In this document: piece by piece, positions 15,572 to 23,395 of the stretch | Numbering within the stretch: the first letter of the stretch is position 1 | Layout of the letters: each line of letters starts with the position of its first letter | NCBI GenBank assembly: GCA_020429545.1 | Contig: JAGQLF010000001.1 | Location: 1-36,646 of the forward strand | Direction of reading: 5' to 3' | DNA length: 36,646 nt | Source: Candidatus Dojkabacteria bacterium | GTDB lineage: Bacteria; Patescibacteriota; Dojkabacteria; J137 | Translations under genes and position numbers: made by a program | Notes under the pieces: model-generated | Told to the model about the DNA's origin: nothing | What the model saw: only the letters and a program-made list of their open reading frames with translations | Database searches by the model: none

Positions 15572-16654
15572 ATGATAGATAAAGCTAAAATCCTTCTAGA
15601 AAAGGACGTATTATCTCCTGAGGTTATTGACGCCGAAATTGCGGATCTAAATCAGAAATTATCCCAAATTACAGACTACTCTAGTTCAGACTACGCGGAT
15701 TTGTCTAAGGACTTGTCAGATAAAACTTATCTAAAGTCTCTTGTAGATAAACTAAAATCATTAGTTGCAAGATATACCGATTCTGAAAGCATTACTGAAT
15801 CTGATGGAGACCTTTTCGTAATTGCACAGCAAGAGATTGAAGAAATTTCTCCAGAAATAGAAAATCTTGCAAACGAGCTTGAAGCATTAACAGCAAAACC
15901 TCTTCCTAACGATAATAGTAAAGCTATTTTTGAAGTTAGGCCGGGAGTTGGAGGAGTTGAAGCTTCTCTATTTGCAGAATCTTTATACCGAATGTATTCA
16001 AGATATTTAACTACTAACGGATTTACAATTGATCAATACTCTCTTGATTATGATGCCGAAGGTGGAATTAAAGAAGCAACATTTTTAGTTGATTCAAAAG
16101 GAAGTTATGGAAAACTTAGATTTGAATCTGGTGTACACCGAGTTCAACGTGTGCCTACAACAGAGTCAGCGGGCCGTATTCACACTTCAACTGCATCAGT
16201 TGTAGTTCTTCCTCAAATAAATGTAAGGGATGTAAATATCAAAGATGAGGACCTTAGAATTGATGTATATAGATCTAGCGGACCTGGAGGTCAATCTGTA
16301 AACACAACCGACTCTGCTGTACGAATTACGCATATTCCATCAGGAATTGTTGTAAGTTGCCAAAACGGAAAGTCTCAACATAAGAATAAAGAAATGGCTA
16401 TGAATGTTTTGGTTGCTAAACTTACAAAAATAGAAGAAGAAAAAAAATCTAGCGAAGAAAAAAATCTAAGAAATGCTTCAATTTTAGGTGGAGATAGATC
16501 TGCAAAAATTAGAACATATAATTTTCCTCAAGGGAGAGTTACTGACCATAGAATTAGTAAAAGTTGGTTCAATATAGATCAAATTATGGAAGGTGAAGTA
16601 AGTGAAATTATTGAGACTGTGAATAGAGATTTGAGAATGGAGCTTGAGAGTTAA
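15572..16654 (+). CDS. prfA: peptide chain release factor 1
   Basis: GGQ motif ([23 protein letters not shown]). RF1-type PxT tripeptide context [17 protein letters not shown]. 360 aa. Confidence 0.95.
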   Translation: MIDKAKILLEKDVLSPEVIDAEIADLNQKLSQITDYSSSDYADLSKDLSDKTYLKSLVDKLKSLVARYTDSESITESDGDLFVIAQQEIEEISPEIENLANELEALTAKPLPNDNSKAIFEVRPGVGGVEASLFAESLYRMYSRYLTTNGFTIDQYSLDYDAEGGIKEATFLVDSKGSYGKLRFESGVHRVQRVPTTESAGRIHTSTASVVVLPQINVRDVNIKDEDLRIDVYRSSGPGGQSVNTTDSAVRITHIPSGIVVSCQNGKSQHKNKEMAMNVLVAKLTKIEEEKKSSEEKNLRNASILGGDRSAKIRTYNFPQGRVTDHRISKSWFNIDQIMEGEVSEIIETVNRDLRMELES

Positions 16655-16668
16655 AAATATGAATTACG

Positions 16669-16699
16669 AATTAAAAATTGCTTCTCCCTTTGGGAGAAG
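16669..16699 (-). terminator. candidate intrinsic terminator for the vapBC transcript
   Basis: 8-bp GC-rich stem CTTCTCCC-ttt-GGGAGAAG (16681-16699). On the minus strand it is followed by CAATTTTTAATT. There is no U-run on the plus-strand side. Confidence 0.45.
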
Positions 16700-16778
16700 G
16701 CGATGAGGGGAGAATTTCTTGTCTTTTGTTAATAATAAAATCCTATAGAAATGGATTTTCTTCGGGAGTATTCATTTC

Positions 16779-17204
16779 TTAACTTACTACTTCAATATCT
16801 AGTTTATCAGCATTTTTAATAAAATCTGAATCGAATGTTGCAATATTTTTGATTTTAGCAAGTTTCATATAATACAGGTGGGCAGAGTCTGTTGGCTTTA
16901 AGGTAGTTTTAGAATATATATCTATAAATTGCTCAACATTGTGCACTATAAAATTCTCATCAATTACCTCTAAGTTTTCCAACTTAATAAATTTTTCAAC
17001 TAACTGACACGCAGTTGATTTATCAATTCCATACTTTGAAAGAATATAAAGAACTTCGTCTAAAACAAATAGCGAAACATATAACTTGTCACTTTTTATT
17101 TTTTTGTAGATGCTTATTGCTTCAGAGTTGTCAGCATGCCCATCTATAAGAAATGCAATCACAAAACATGCATCAAGATAGACATGGAGTTTATCTGTCT
17201 TCAT
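16779..17204 (-). CDS. vapC: PIN-domain toxin VapC
   Basis: 141 aa. N-terminal VYLDACFVIAF holds the first PIN acidic residue, with further acidic residues (LDEVLY, FDSDF) at expected spacing. 14-nt overlap with the upstream antitoxin gene. Confidence 0.8.
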   Translation of the reverse strand: MKTDKLHVYLDACFVIAFLIDGHADNSEAISIYKKIKSDKLYVSLFVLDEVLYILSKYGIDKSTACQLVEKFIKLENLEVIDENFIVHNVEQFIDIYSKTTLKPTDSAHLYYMKLAKIKNIATFDSDFIKNADKLDIEVVS

Positions 17205-17442
17205 ATCTTTTATCTAATAATTCTTGGATTTCTTCGTTAGTTACTTGTCTACCTAATTTAATAATTCCAGCTAAATTCATAATATCATTAATTTTTTTCT
17301 TTCTTTTTTTTTGAACCTTAACCTCTCCCTCTTCCATAACCACTTCTAGCTGGTCGCCTTTTTGAAAACCAGCTTCCTTTATAATTTTTGTTGGCAATGT
17401 AATCATCATTGAATTACCTACTTTTTGTAGTTTAACTGTCAT
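17191..17442 (-). CDS. vapB: AbrB/MazE (SpoVT-AbrB) family antitoxin VapB
   Basis: 83 aa. MTVKLQKVGNSMMITLPTKIIKEAGFQKGDQLEV is a classic swapped-hairpin AbrB-like DNA-binding domain. Confidence 0.8.
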   Translation of the reverse strand: MTVKLQKVGNSMMITLPTKIIKEAGFQKGDQLEVVMEEGEVKVQKKRKKKINDIMNLAGIIKLGRQVTNEEIQELLDKRYEDR

Positions 17443-17464
17443 TTTATTGGGGAATAATTAGAGT

Positions 17465-17508
17465 ATTATTGCATGATAGAAATGTTTAGTCAATATGTTT
17501 AAACATAT
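17465..17508 (-). promoter_or_regulatory. vapBC promoter (TTGACT-N17-AATAAT with TGc extension) plus abutting 16-bp perfect palindrome operator candidate
   Basis: On the minus strand: -35 at 17488-17493, -10 at 17465-17470, TG at 17472-17473. The palindrome ATATGTTTAAACATAT at 17493-17508 overlaps the -35 by 1 nt. Confidence 0.5.
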
Positions 17509-17524
17509 GAGCTTTTAGCTTTAA

Positions 17525-18802
17525 CTATTTTAGAAGCTCTAGCGCCTTATCTAATTGAGGATCAGTATTATTCTTAAAATTATCAAGATTATACTCGACC
17601 TCAAAATCAGGAGTTATAGGATTTTCTTCAGTAATTCTTCTCCCATCTGGAGTTAACCATTCTTGGAATACTAGGAATAAAATACTTCCATCTGGAAAAT
17701 CTTGAAGTGTTTGCTCTACTCCCTTACCAACTGTCTTTTCGCCAACAACAACTCCTCTATCATTTTCTTGAATTGCTGCAGAGAAAATTTCTGAAGCAGA
17801 TGCACTAGATTCATTTACCAAAACTACAAGCTTTTGATCTTCGAATGCGCCAGCTCTTTTATCTTCATAGGTTTTTGTATCTTGTTCTTTTGTTCGCTCT
17901 CCCATCATTACATCTCCATCATGTAAGAAATCTTCTAGTATATGTTTTACTCCACTTACATATCCACCAGGATTTCCTCTCAAATCTACAATTATATTTT
18001 CTAGATTTGGCATTTCTGTTCGGATTTCTGAAACTACTTTATCCCAAGTGTTAATAAATGTCGTTACATCAACATCACTAAATTGGTAAATATCTATAAT
18101 TGCAGTATTATCGTCTTGTTTTTCCCAAGTAATATTATCTATCTCTATTTTATTTCTAGTAATTGTTATGTCTAATTCTTCCTGTTGTGCACTTGCAGCT
18201 TTTTCAAATCTATATATAGTCAAAGTTACATCTGTACCTTTTTCGCCTCTAATTTGTTGCGCTACGATTCCAGGAAGTGTATCTTCAACGTCATTACCAT
18301 CAACTTTTAGAATAATATCTCCCGCCAATACTCCTGCCTCTTCTGCTGGTTGTCCATGTATCACGGATTCAACATAAGTATATTGACCATTAAATGCCAA
18401 AACTACGCCAATTCCTTCAAAATCACCTGAAGCATTATCAAAATAAGCCTTGGCTTCTTCTGGATCCAAAAAGAAAGTGTATCTATCGTTTAGTGAATTA
18501 ACCAATCCCTTAACTATTCCATACGTAACGGAATCTTTTGTTAAATCATCTGTTTGCCCTAAATAGCTACGATTGATCGTATCAATAACACTTTGTAGAT
18601 ATGCTTGGTCATAGTAATCAGAACTTCCTAAAATTCCACCTTGAAGATTATTTGAAGTTCCAGAATCATTATCAACCAGGTCAATTGCATACATTGCAAG
18701 CCCACCTATCATTAAACCAATAAATAGCGCCATTGCCACCAATACAGGCTGTATTGGATTCGGCGCTATCGTGTTATTTTTATTATTTTCGTTAAAAGAC
18801 AT
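17525..18802 (-). CDS. ctpA: S41-family carboxy-terminal processing peptidase
   Basis: N-terminal TM anchor. PDZ domain (GQPAEEAGVLAGDIILKVDG). Catalytic region DLRGNPGGY and LVNESSASASEIFSAAIQ. The ORF-track first codon is GTG; the adjacent ATG is at 18802. Confidence 0.9.
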   Translation of the reverse strand: MSFNENNKNNTIAPNPIQPVLVAMALFIGLMIGGLAMYAIDLVDNDSGTSNNLQGGILGSSDYYDQAYLQSVIDTINRSYLGQTDDLTKDSVTYGIVKGLVNSLNDRYTFFLDPEEAKAYFDNASGDFEGIGVVLAFNGQYTYVESVIHGQPAEEAGVLAGDIILKVDGNDVEDTLPGIVAQQIRGEKGTDVTLTIYRFEKAASAQQEELDITITRNKIEIDNITWEKQDDNTAIIDIYQFSDVDVTTFINTWDKVVSEIRTEMPNLENIIVDLRGNPGGYVSGVKHILEDFLHDGDVMMGERTKEQDTKTYEDKRAGAFEDQKLVVLVNESSASASEIFSAAIQENDRGVVVGEKTVGKGVEQTLQDFPDGSILFLVFQEWLTPDGRRITEENPITPDFEVEYNLDNFKNNTDPQLDKALELLK

Positions 18803-18810
18803 CACCTATT

Positions 18811-19044
18811 TTACACATATTTTGTGTAAGGCAAAAGTGCCATATGTCTCGCTCGCTTAACCGCAAGAGCCAATTTCCTTTGGTTAGAAGCACATACGCC
18901 TGTTCTGCTTGATGGCATAATTCGTCCTCTTGTAGAAATAAACTTCTCTAGTAAAGACACATTTTTGTATGTGATTTGATCCTCTTTACCTTTTAGAGGG
19001 CAACTTGCGACAACTGGTGCTTTGTATTTATTTGTATTAGCCAT
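18811..19044 (-). CDS. rpsR: 30S ribosomal protein S18
   Basis: [50 protein letters not shown] matches the S18 core. Confidence 0.9.
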   Translation of the reverse strand: MANTNKYKAPVVASCPLKGKEDQITYKNVSLLEKFISTRGRIMPSSRTGVCASNQRKLALAVKRARHMALLPYTKYV

Positions 19045-19050
19045 AATTTA

Positions 19051-19085
19051 AGCTGTTAGCTTTTAGTCATTAGCACTTAGCTATT
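19051..19085. repeat. 5 x 7-nt phased array (AGCTGTT AGCTTTT AGTCATT AGCACTT AGCTATT)
   Basis: AG at 19051, 19058, 19065, 19072 and 19079. In mRNA (minus) sense it reads NNNNGCU x5 and ends 6 nt before the rpsR ATG. Confidence 0.85.
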
Positions 19086-19167
19086 TTGATTTGACTAAAA
19101 GCATTTTTCTAAAATATATTTTATTAAATTTATAATCTCTCTATTTGTTATCTTTTTTGATAAAAAA

Positions 19168-19202
19168 GCTAACTGCTAAAAGCTAGTTGCTAATAGCTAA
19201 AA
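19168..19202. repeat. 5 x 7-nt phased array (GCTAACT GCTAAAA GCTAGTT GCTAATA GCTAAAA)
   Basis: GCTA at 19168, 19175, 19182, 19189 and 19196. In mRNA sense it reads UUUUAGC UAUUAGC AACUAGC UUUUAGC AGUUAGC. The first UAG is the ssb stop codon. Confidence 0.9.
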
Positions 19203-19700
19203 AAGGTCTTTTGCATCAAACTCATCATCTGAATCCTCTTCCGTTTGTGCAGGCTCATCTGAACCTTCTAAATTTTCTTCTGGAAGATTATCTTCTCCAG
19301 TTTTTTCCATTAGGTCATCTCCTGCAACTTTTGCAGCATCAACACCCACTGGTGATCTGTCTTTAGAATTTAGAAGAAGCATATCGTTCAATTTAATTTC
19401 TGTTTTATAGTATCTTTCTCCATCATCTTTTGTTTTTGCTCTTGTTCTTAACTCTCCCTCTACATAAACAAGCATTCCTGTTGAAAGTACTTGTGCGCAG
19501 ATTTCGGCAAGTTTGTTAAAAGCAACGATGTTATGGAATTCTGCTCTTTCTTGAACATTTCCATCACCATCTTTCCAACTTGTATTTGTAGCAACACCGA
19601 ATGTGCAAACTACTACTCCATTTGATGATTCTCTTAGGATTGGATCTCTTGTCAGGTTTCCAATTAAGATTACTTTGTTTAAAGATCTTGATTTTGCCAT
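19197..19700 (-). CDS. ssb: single-stranded DNA-binding protein
   Basis: OB-fold N-terminus NKVILIGNLTRDP. Acidic C-terminal tail ending DDEFDAKDLF. Confidence 0.9.
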   Translation of the reverse strand: MAKSRSLNKVILIGNLTRDPILRESSNGVVVCTFGVATNTSWKDGDGNVQERAEFHNIVAFNKLAEICAQVLSTGMLVYVEGELRTRAKTKDDGERYYKTEIKLNDMLLLNSKDRSPVGVDAAKVAGDDLMEKTGEDNLPEENLEGSDEPAQTEEDSDDEFDAKDLF

Positions 19701-19727
19701 GTAAAAAAACTCTCTAATAAGTAAAAA

Positions 19728-20009
19728 CTATTTCTTAATAACCAAGAATCTAAGAACATTGTCCAGTAAAGACAATTCTCTTTCGAATTCATTGATGTGT
19801 GAAGGTTCAATATTCATAGAATATTCTATGTAGTGTCCTTCTTCAAACTTTTTGATTGGGTATGCTAATAATCTTTTACCCAAGTTATCGACCTCTTTGA
19901 TAGAACCACCTTTTGAAGACACAAATTTTTCTATCTGAGATGTAGTGTTCTTCTTAATATCTTCTAACAGTAGCGGTTTATACAAGATCATTACTTCGTA
20001 TGTTTGCAT
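19728..20009 (-). CDS. rpsF: 30S ribosomal protein S6
   Basis: MQTYEVMILYKP start. 93 aa. First gene of the canonical rpsF-ssb-rpsR order. Confidence 0.85.
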   Translation of the reverse strand: MQTYEVMILYKPLLLEDIKKNTTSQIEKFVSSKGGSIKEVDNLGKRLLAYPIKKFEEGHYIEYSMNIEPSHINEFERELSLLDNVLRFLVIKK

Positions 20010-20075
20010 TTCTCACCACAAATAATAAATAAATTTCCTTCGAAGATTATAATCGATTATGCTGAATTTGTAAAT

Positions 20076-20220
20076 TAGGAAATGGAACTGGCTATATTAC
20101 ATATGGTATGTAAGTTCGAGTGGCATAAATTTGACGAAGTCATAATTTATGATGTATCGAGAACTATACTATACATACTTCTCGATACAATCCTGATAAA
20201 TCAGGATCGCTCGAAGTGAC
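20076..20220. repeat. structured intergenic repeat, family 1 (cloverleaf-like four-way junction), copy B
   Basis: P1 TTCGAGTG/CGCTCGAA encloses three hairpins (20124-20151, 20154-20188, 20190-20207). It shares the upstream TAGGAAAT box at the same spacing as copy A. Confidence 0.75.
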
Positions 20221-20225
20221 GAGTA

Positions 20226-20837
20226 TTATTCAACACCATCCCTTCGCCTTAGAGAGTCTGATAAGGTTTGAGAAGACATATACTCAATACTACTTCCAGT
20301 TGGAATTCCTTTTGCTAATCTTGTAGTCTTTATATCTAAGTCCAAGTCTTTTATCTCGTTTGTTATGTATAAACTGGTCGAATCACCCTCCAGATTAGGA
20401 TTTAGACCAAAAATAATCTCTTTTATATCAGAATCAGATTTTAAACGACTCAAAAGCTCTCTTATTCTTATTTCGTCAGGTCCAATACCATTTACTGGTG
20501 ATATTATTCCATGCAATACGTGATATACACCTTTATACTCTCCTGTTTCCTCAATACTATAAAGTTCTAATGGAGTTTCTACAACTAGAATGATTGATTT
20601 ATCTCTTTGTCCATCATCACAAATTTCACATAAGCTTTCATTATCAGTTACATTAAAGCAGTTATCACAAAGTCTAATCTTTGCAGTTACATCTTTTAAA
20701 GAGTCCTCAAGTCTTGAAGCAAGTTTTCGATTTGATATAGAAAGATATAAAGCTATCCTATTAGATAGCTTTGGTCCCACTCCTGGTAGGGAGGAAAACC
20801 TTTCGCTTAAATCTCTAATGCTTCGGGGAAGAGCCAT
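20226..20837 (-). CDS. recR: recombination protein RecR
   Basis: HhH motif LPGVGPKLSNRIA. C4 zinc finger CDNC..CEIC. Toprim domain. Confidence 0.95.
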   Translation of the reverse strand: MALPRSIRDLSERFSSLPGVGPKLSNRIALYLSISNRKLASRLEDSLKDVTAKIRLCDNCFNVTDNESLCEICDDGQRDKSIILVVETPLELYSIEETGEYKGVYHVLHGIISPVNGIGPDEIRIRELLSRLKSDSDIKEIIFGLNPNLEGDSTSLYITNEIKDLDLDIKTTRLAKGIPTGSSIEYMSSQTLSDSLRRRDGVE

Positions 20838-20941
20838 AAAATAAATTCAAAAGTAAAAATTCAAAAATCAAAATTATTAATTAAGTTAGTATATTTTTAG
20901 ACCTATAGTTAACTTCATCAAAGTCTATAGTCTGTTCACAA

Positions 20942-20976
20942 CTAAAAACTAACACCTAAAACCTAGAAACTATTAA
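20942..20976. repeat. 5 x 7-nt phased array (CTAAAAA CTAACAC CTAAAAC CTAGAAA CTATTAA)
   Basis: CTA at 20942, 20949, 20956, 20963 and 20970. In mRNA sense the ybaB stop TAA is followed in-frame by TAG, then four more TAGs at 7-nt steps. Confidence 0.9.
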
Positions 20977-21287
20977 AGTCCTAACATCTCCTTAATATCA
21001 TCTAAATTTGCAGAGTTCATCATTTCTTTTTCTAATTGTTCCTTTGCATCCGACATTGCATTTTTGAACTGATCTTTTAGTTTTTTAAGAATTTTTTCAA
21101 ATTCATCTCTAGAGATTGTATCTGAATCTGTAAGTCCTTCTTCATCAATCTCAATTTCCACTATTTCGTTTAATCCGTTCATTAAAATACTTACCGACCC
21201 ACTTGTTCCTGCAACTTGTATTTTGCTCATTTGTTTCTTAGCTTGTTGAGCTTTATACATTGCCTTTGGTACGTTCATTATTCCCAT
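20973..21287 (-). CDS. ybaB: YbaB/EbfC-family nucleoid-associated protein
   Basis: 104 aa. The MSKIQVAGTSGSVSILMNGLNEIVEIEIDEE core is typical. Sits between dnaX and recR. Confidence 0.85.
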   Translation of the reverse strand: MGIMNVPKAMYKAQQAKKQMSKIQVAGTSGSVSILMNGLNEIVEIEIDEEGLTDSDTISRDEFEKILKKLKDQFKNAMSDAKEQLEKEMMNSANLDDIKEMLGL

Positions 21288-21416
21288 ATTTTTATTTTAT
21301 AAAAGTTATTATTTTGCTAAGTGTAATTATACACTATTTTAAAACCTCTCTGCCCTCCATACATCTTACCTTTGACAAAGGAGAGAAAATTTCGATTTAT
21401 CAAAATTAGAGGGGTG

Positions 21417-22901
21417 CTATAGAATGCTCTCTACTAATTCAGAATTATCAAATGATTCATCTTTAGGTTTTTCTTTAGTTTCTGTCTTAACCTCTTTTGG
21501 CTGCTCTTCCTCTTTTACTTCAACTTTTTTTATTGTGACTTTCGGTGCTGTAGATTTTTTTTGAACTTTCTTTTTATCAGAAGCAATTTCTAGTCCTTTA
21601 ATTTCACTATTCAATCGAGCAGCTGTATCTATAATCTTTTCTACATTGACTTTCTGATTTAGGTATTTAATATTAAAGTTATATTTATTTCCTAAAATTA
21701 ATTTTCCGGAATCTATTGATTCAAATTCACAAGTCTTAACAATAGCCCCTAATCTTTTATCGTCTTTTTCTATTAAATTTCCAAGAGCTTCTATAAAATC
21801 TTCACTACTACTGTTTTGTGAATCTGAATTCTGAATACTATTAGCAGGCTGTAAGTCTTCCTCAATATCTTTGACTTTTGACTTTTGACTTTTGACTTGA
21901 ATTTCTGGTTTATTAGTTTGATTAAAAGAAGCTTCTGCTTGAACATTATTAGATATATTGTTTAACTTAGCTAAGATATATACCTTTTTATTATTATAGA
22001 ACTTCTGATTTTCAATAATATTTAATAAAAGTGGAATTACACTCTCAAATTTTGAGTTGTTTACAATATATTCTAGTGCTTCTTCCAAAAAGAAATCTAA
22101 ATGAGTATCATCTATCTGCATTAGTACTTTTGATAGTTCATCATGGTCATTATTTTCTAAAGAAGATAAAAAGTTTATTATTCCTTCTTCTGGTAACAAA
22201 CCAAAAACTTTATCAATAGTCTCTTCAGTTATTTCATCTGATTCCGATTGGATTACTTTAGCGAGCATACTCTCTGAATCTCTAAAGCTCCCTCCAGACA
22301 ATTTATAAAGTTTGTCAATTGCGCCATCGCTAATTTTTATTTTCTCTTCTTTTGCAATATTCTTTATTTTCTCTTTTAGTTCATTTGATTCAGCAAGTTT
22401 AAAATCTAACCTTGTTACTCTAGATAAAATTGTAACTGGAATTTTATGAGGTTCAGTTGTTGCCAGTATAAACACAACGTGTTTTGGAGGCTCTTCTAGA
22501 GTTTTTAAGAGGGCATTAAAGGCCTCTTTTGTAAGCATATGAGCTTCATCTATAATATAAACTTTATAACCTAATTCAGCCGGTAAATAGTTCACATTAT
22601 CTCTTAGCTCTCTAATCTCATCTATCCCTCTATTTGAAGCAGCATCCATTTCAATAATATCAATGCTATCTTCTCTATATTCACTCAAGTCTCCTTTTTC
22701 TTTAAACATTTTGTCGTTGATGGCATTTGCGAATAATCTAGCAGTTGTAGTTTTACCAGTACCTCTTGGGCCAGAAAATAGATATCCATGTGAAAAGTTA
22801 TCATTATTTATGGAATGAATAAGAATATCCTTTATAGTCTGCTGTCCCTTGAGCTCAGAAAATTTTCTAGGTCTATATTTTCGATAAAGTACTGTGGACA
22901 T
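21417..22901 (-). CDS. dnaX: DNA polymerase III subunit gamma/tau
   Basis: Walker A GPRGTGKTT. Walker B IIDEAHML. Sensor SRVTRLDF. Low-complexity K/E-rich C-terminus. Confidence 0.9.
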   Translation of the reverse strand: MSTVLYRKYRPRKFSELKGQQTIKDILIHSINNDNFSHGYLFSGPRGTGKTTTARLFANAINDKMFKEKGDLSEYREDSIDIIEMDAASNRGIDEIRELRDNVNYLPAELGYKVYIIDEAHMLTKEAFNALLKTLEEPPKHVVFILATTEPHKIPVTILSRVTRLDFKLAESNELKEKIKNIAKEEKIKISDGAIDKLYKLSGGSFRDSESMLAKVIQSESDEITEETIDKVFGLLPEEGIINFLSSLENNDHDELSKVLMQIDDTHLDFFLEEALEYIVNNSKFESVIPLLLNIIENQKFYNNKKVYILAKLNNISNNVQAEASFNQTNKPEIQVKSQKSKVKDIEEDLQPANSIQNSDSQNSSSEDFIEALGNLIEKDDKRLGAIVKTCEFESIDSGKLILGNKYNFNIKYLNQKVNVEKIIDTAARLNSEIKGLEIASDKKKVQKKSTAPKVTIKKVEVKEEEQPKEVKTETKEKPKDESFDNSELVESIL

Positions 22902-22933
22902 GGTTAAATTTACATGATTTATAAGTGGATTTT

Positions 22934-22971
22934 ACAACAAAAAACCTCTTTTAAGTCTATCAAAAGAGGTT
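22934..22971 (-). terminator. rho-independent terminator after rpsU
   Basis: Minus-strand AACCTCTTTT-gatagactt-AAAAGAGGTT is followed by TTTTTGTTGT. Confidence 0.7.
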
Positions 22972-22997
22972 AATTTATCAAAATTTATACCCAATAT

Positions 22998-23198
22998 TTA
23001 GTTACTTCTTCTAGCAGCTGCTCTTCGTCTTCTCTTCATTTTTGTATATACTTTTCTTACTGCGTGCTTCTTTGTTGTTTTTGGTACAAAATATCTTTTG
23101 TCTTTTAGAGTCTGTATTATACCTTCTCTAGTTGCTTCTCTCCACAAAAGTCTCAAAGCTAAATCAATTGGCATTTTATTGTTTACAATTACTGACAT
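22998..23198 (-). CDS. rpsU: 30S ribosomal protein S21
   Basis: 66 aa and very basic, with the S21-like pattern ALRLLWREATREGII..KRYFVPKTTKKH..RRRR. Confidence 0.8.
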   Translation of the reverse strand: MSVIVNNKMPIDLALRLLWREATREGIIQTLKDKRYFVPKTTKKHAVRKVYTKMKRRRRAAARRSN

Positions 23199-23231
23199 AT
23201 TTTTGTGTATTTATTAAATAAGGACTTGGTA

Positions 23232-23240
23232 ATAATAACA
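23232..23240 (-). promoter_or_regulatory. candidate extended -10 promoter (TGTTATTAT) for rpsU
   Basis: A minus-strand TGnTATTAT lies about 35 nt upstream of ATG 23198, downstream of hairpin element C. Confidence 0.35.
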
Positions 23241-23266
23241 TGCTGTATAAAGAAAATCTAGTTATT

Positions 23267-23385
23267 CTCCCCTCGAGGGGAGTGGTATGAATTGAGCTTA
23301 GCGATAATTCATACCAAGGGGTGTTACTGTAACACCTTCCGGCCAACCCTAACAAGTTAGGATTGGCCACCCTCCTCAAGGAGGG
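23267..23385. repeat. structured intergenic repeat, family 2 (five consecutive GC-rich hairpins), copy C
   Basis: h1 23267-23282, h2 23284-23315, h3 23320-23336, h4 23341-23368, h5 23370-23385. Lies between the rseP stop and rpsU. Confidence 0.8.
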
Positions 23386-23395
23386 AAAATTAAAT

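Noticed and set aside
20847-20881. A-rich phased block TCAAAAG TAAAAAT TCAAAAA TCAAAAT TATTAAT upstream of recR, and TA-phased units at 2054-2102 downstream of ruvB, as further heptamer arrays.
   Set aside because: They are not listed as features because the cores are only 1-2 nt in very A/T-rich sequence, so chance periodicity cannot be excluded by eye. They should be re-evaluated in a statistical scan.
21555-21562. An A8 run (minus sense CAAAAAAAATC) in dnaX as a programmed -1 frameshift site producing a gamma subunit.
   Set aside because: It lies only about 45 codons from the normal stop, inside the low-complexity tail, far beyond domain III. A shifted product would barely differ in length, and no downstream stem-loop was seen.
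21875-21900. Tandem GACTTTT heptamer repeat (about 3.5 copies) inside dnaX.
   Set aside because: It lies within the coding low-complexity region (KSQKSKVK). It may be related mechanistically to heptamer slippage, but it is not an intergenic array and carries no UAG/CUA core.
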